Source: Bispira polyomma (lineage: Eukaryota). From it: a DNA stretch of 64,000 nt. Of the stretch, positions 63,248-64,000 are shown one piece after another. The DNA lies in the NCBI GenBank assembly GCA_965649765.1, contig OZ287748.1:79794001-79858000 (forward strand), written 5' to 3'. The notes below the pieces were generated by a model. That model made no database searches. It saw only the letters and a list, made by a program, of their open reading frames with translations, and was not told where the DNA came from. Each line of letters starts with the position of its first letter. Within the stretch, counting starts at the first letter, position 1. The translations under genes were made by a program, and so were the position numbers.

Positions 63248-63460
63248 CTTTAGCATGCATTCTGTTTCATCCTCATGCAGCAACCTTTGGAGCACCAACT
63301 CAAACAATCCATTCAAATCTGGAGGTAGAGACTCTACTTTGTGGGTCAAAGTTCTGAAGTCTCCATGGACACGCAGCTCCTCACAAGCTATGGACAGCCA
63401 CAGAGGGTTAGCTGACCCAAGGTGAGAGACTAGAGTGGCCAGCTGGGCAGAGTCCAGTGT
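63248..63460 (-). CDS. NACHT/TEP1-like gene exon (helical domain after NACHT)
   Basis: AG|TLDSAQLATL..SANPLWLSIACEELRVHGDF..LPPDLNGLFELVLQRL..MLK|GT; 71 codons. The gene continues beyond the window. Confidence 0.9.
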
Positions 63461-63592
63461 CTGCAGGAAAATAGATACAGTAAACATGCAGCTCCTCACA
63501 AGATATGGACAGCCACAGAGGGTTAGCTGAGCCAAAGTGAGGGACTAGAGTGGCCAGCTGGGCAGAGTCCAGTGTCTGTAGGAAAATACTGT
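63461..63592 (-). repeat. Tandem duplicate of the acceptor and 5' part of the 63248-63460 exon
   Basis: Near-identical copy at an offset of 115 nt, so out of frame. Confidence 0.85.
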
Positions 63593-64000
63593 ATAACATC
63601 TATTATCTCAATTATTCGATTTTATGAACCAATTTTCCAAAAAAGTATTCCTTCCCTATATTATCTTTACAGTACAACACATATTATCCAAACTTCTATT
63701 GCATTCTTCAATTACATGTTTTCACTGTCACTGAAAAATAATTTTTTTTTTGCATTTTTAACATTTTAAGGTGAGTTTGAAGAGATAGATTTTAAGCTTT
63801 TTCCGTAACCTATAAAATGTTTTGAGTGATTTAAGCTCAACTGGGAGACTATTCTACAACATAGGGGCTGCAACAGAGAAGCTCTAGATCCAGCACCCTT
63901 GGTAGGTTTTACAGAGGAAAAAGAGTATAACCTCTGTACAAACTTCTATTTTCTGCCTTATAATGAGTAAAATGAGTTCATCAAATTGACAATTCAGCAC

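Overview
AT-rich, intron-rich animal genomic DNA; the SINE, LINE and MITE families suggest a lophotrochozoan such as a mollusc (inference). Main contents: (1) A full-length, TSD-flanked Tx1/L1-type retrotransposon (2800-10046) whose ORF1 is an L1-type coiled-coil/RRM protein fused to a complete C-terminal NADAR (YbiA/COG3236-like) hydrolase domain. This is the most unusual element in the window and a candidate retrotransposon-encoded anti-ADP-ribosylation module. (2) A tandemly duplicated, decayed dCMP deaminase (DCTD) locus on the minus strand; one duplicate carries the empty target site of the LINE. (3) The last five exons of a large minus-strand TEP1/NWD-like NACHT gene (63460 down to 26895) that ends in a 12-ligand Cys/His cluster with the PHF5A/Rds3 pattern rather than WD40 repeats. 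(4) A single-exon-CDS TRIM-NHL gene nested antisense in a 24-kb intron of that gene. (5) Many other repeats: a CR1-group LINE, L2 fragments, two Helentron-associated elements with 142-bp tandem arrays, tRNA-derived SINEs, an LTR-like pair plus a solo LTR, Harbinger-, Tc1- and piggyBac-type MITEs, and minisatellites. All calls come from reading the sequence by eye; no database searches were run.
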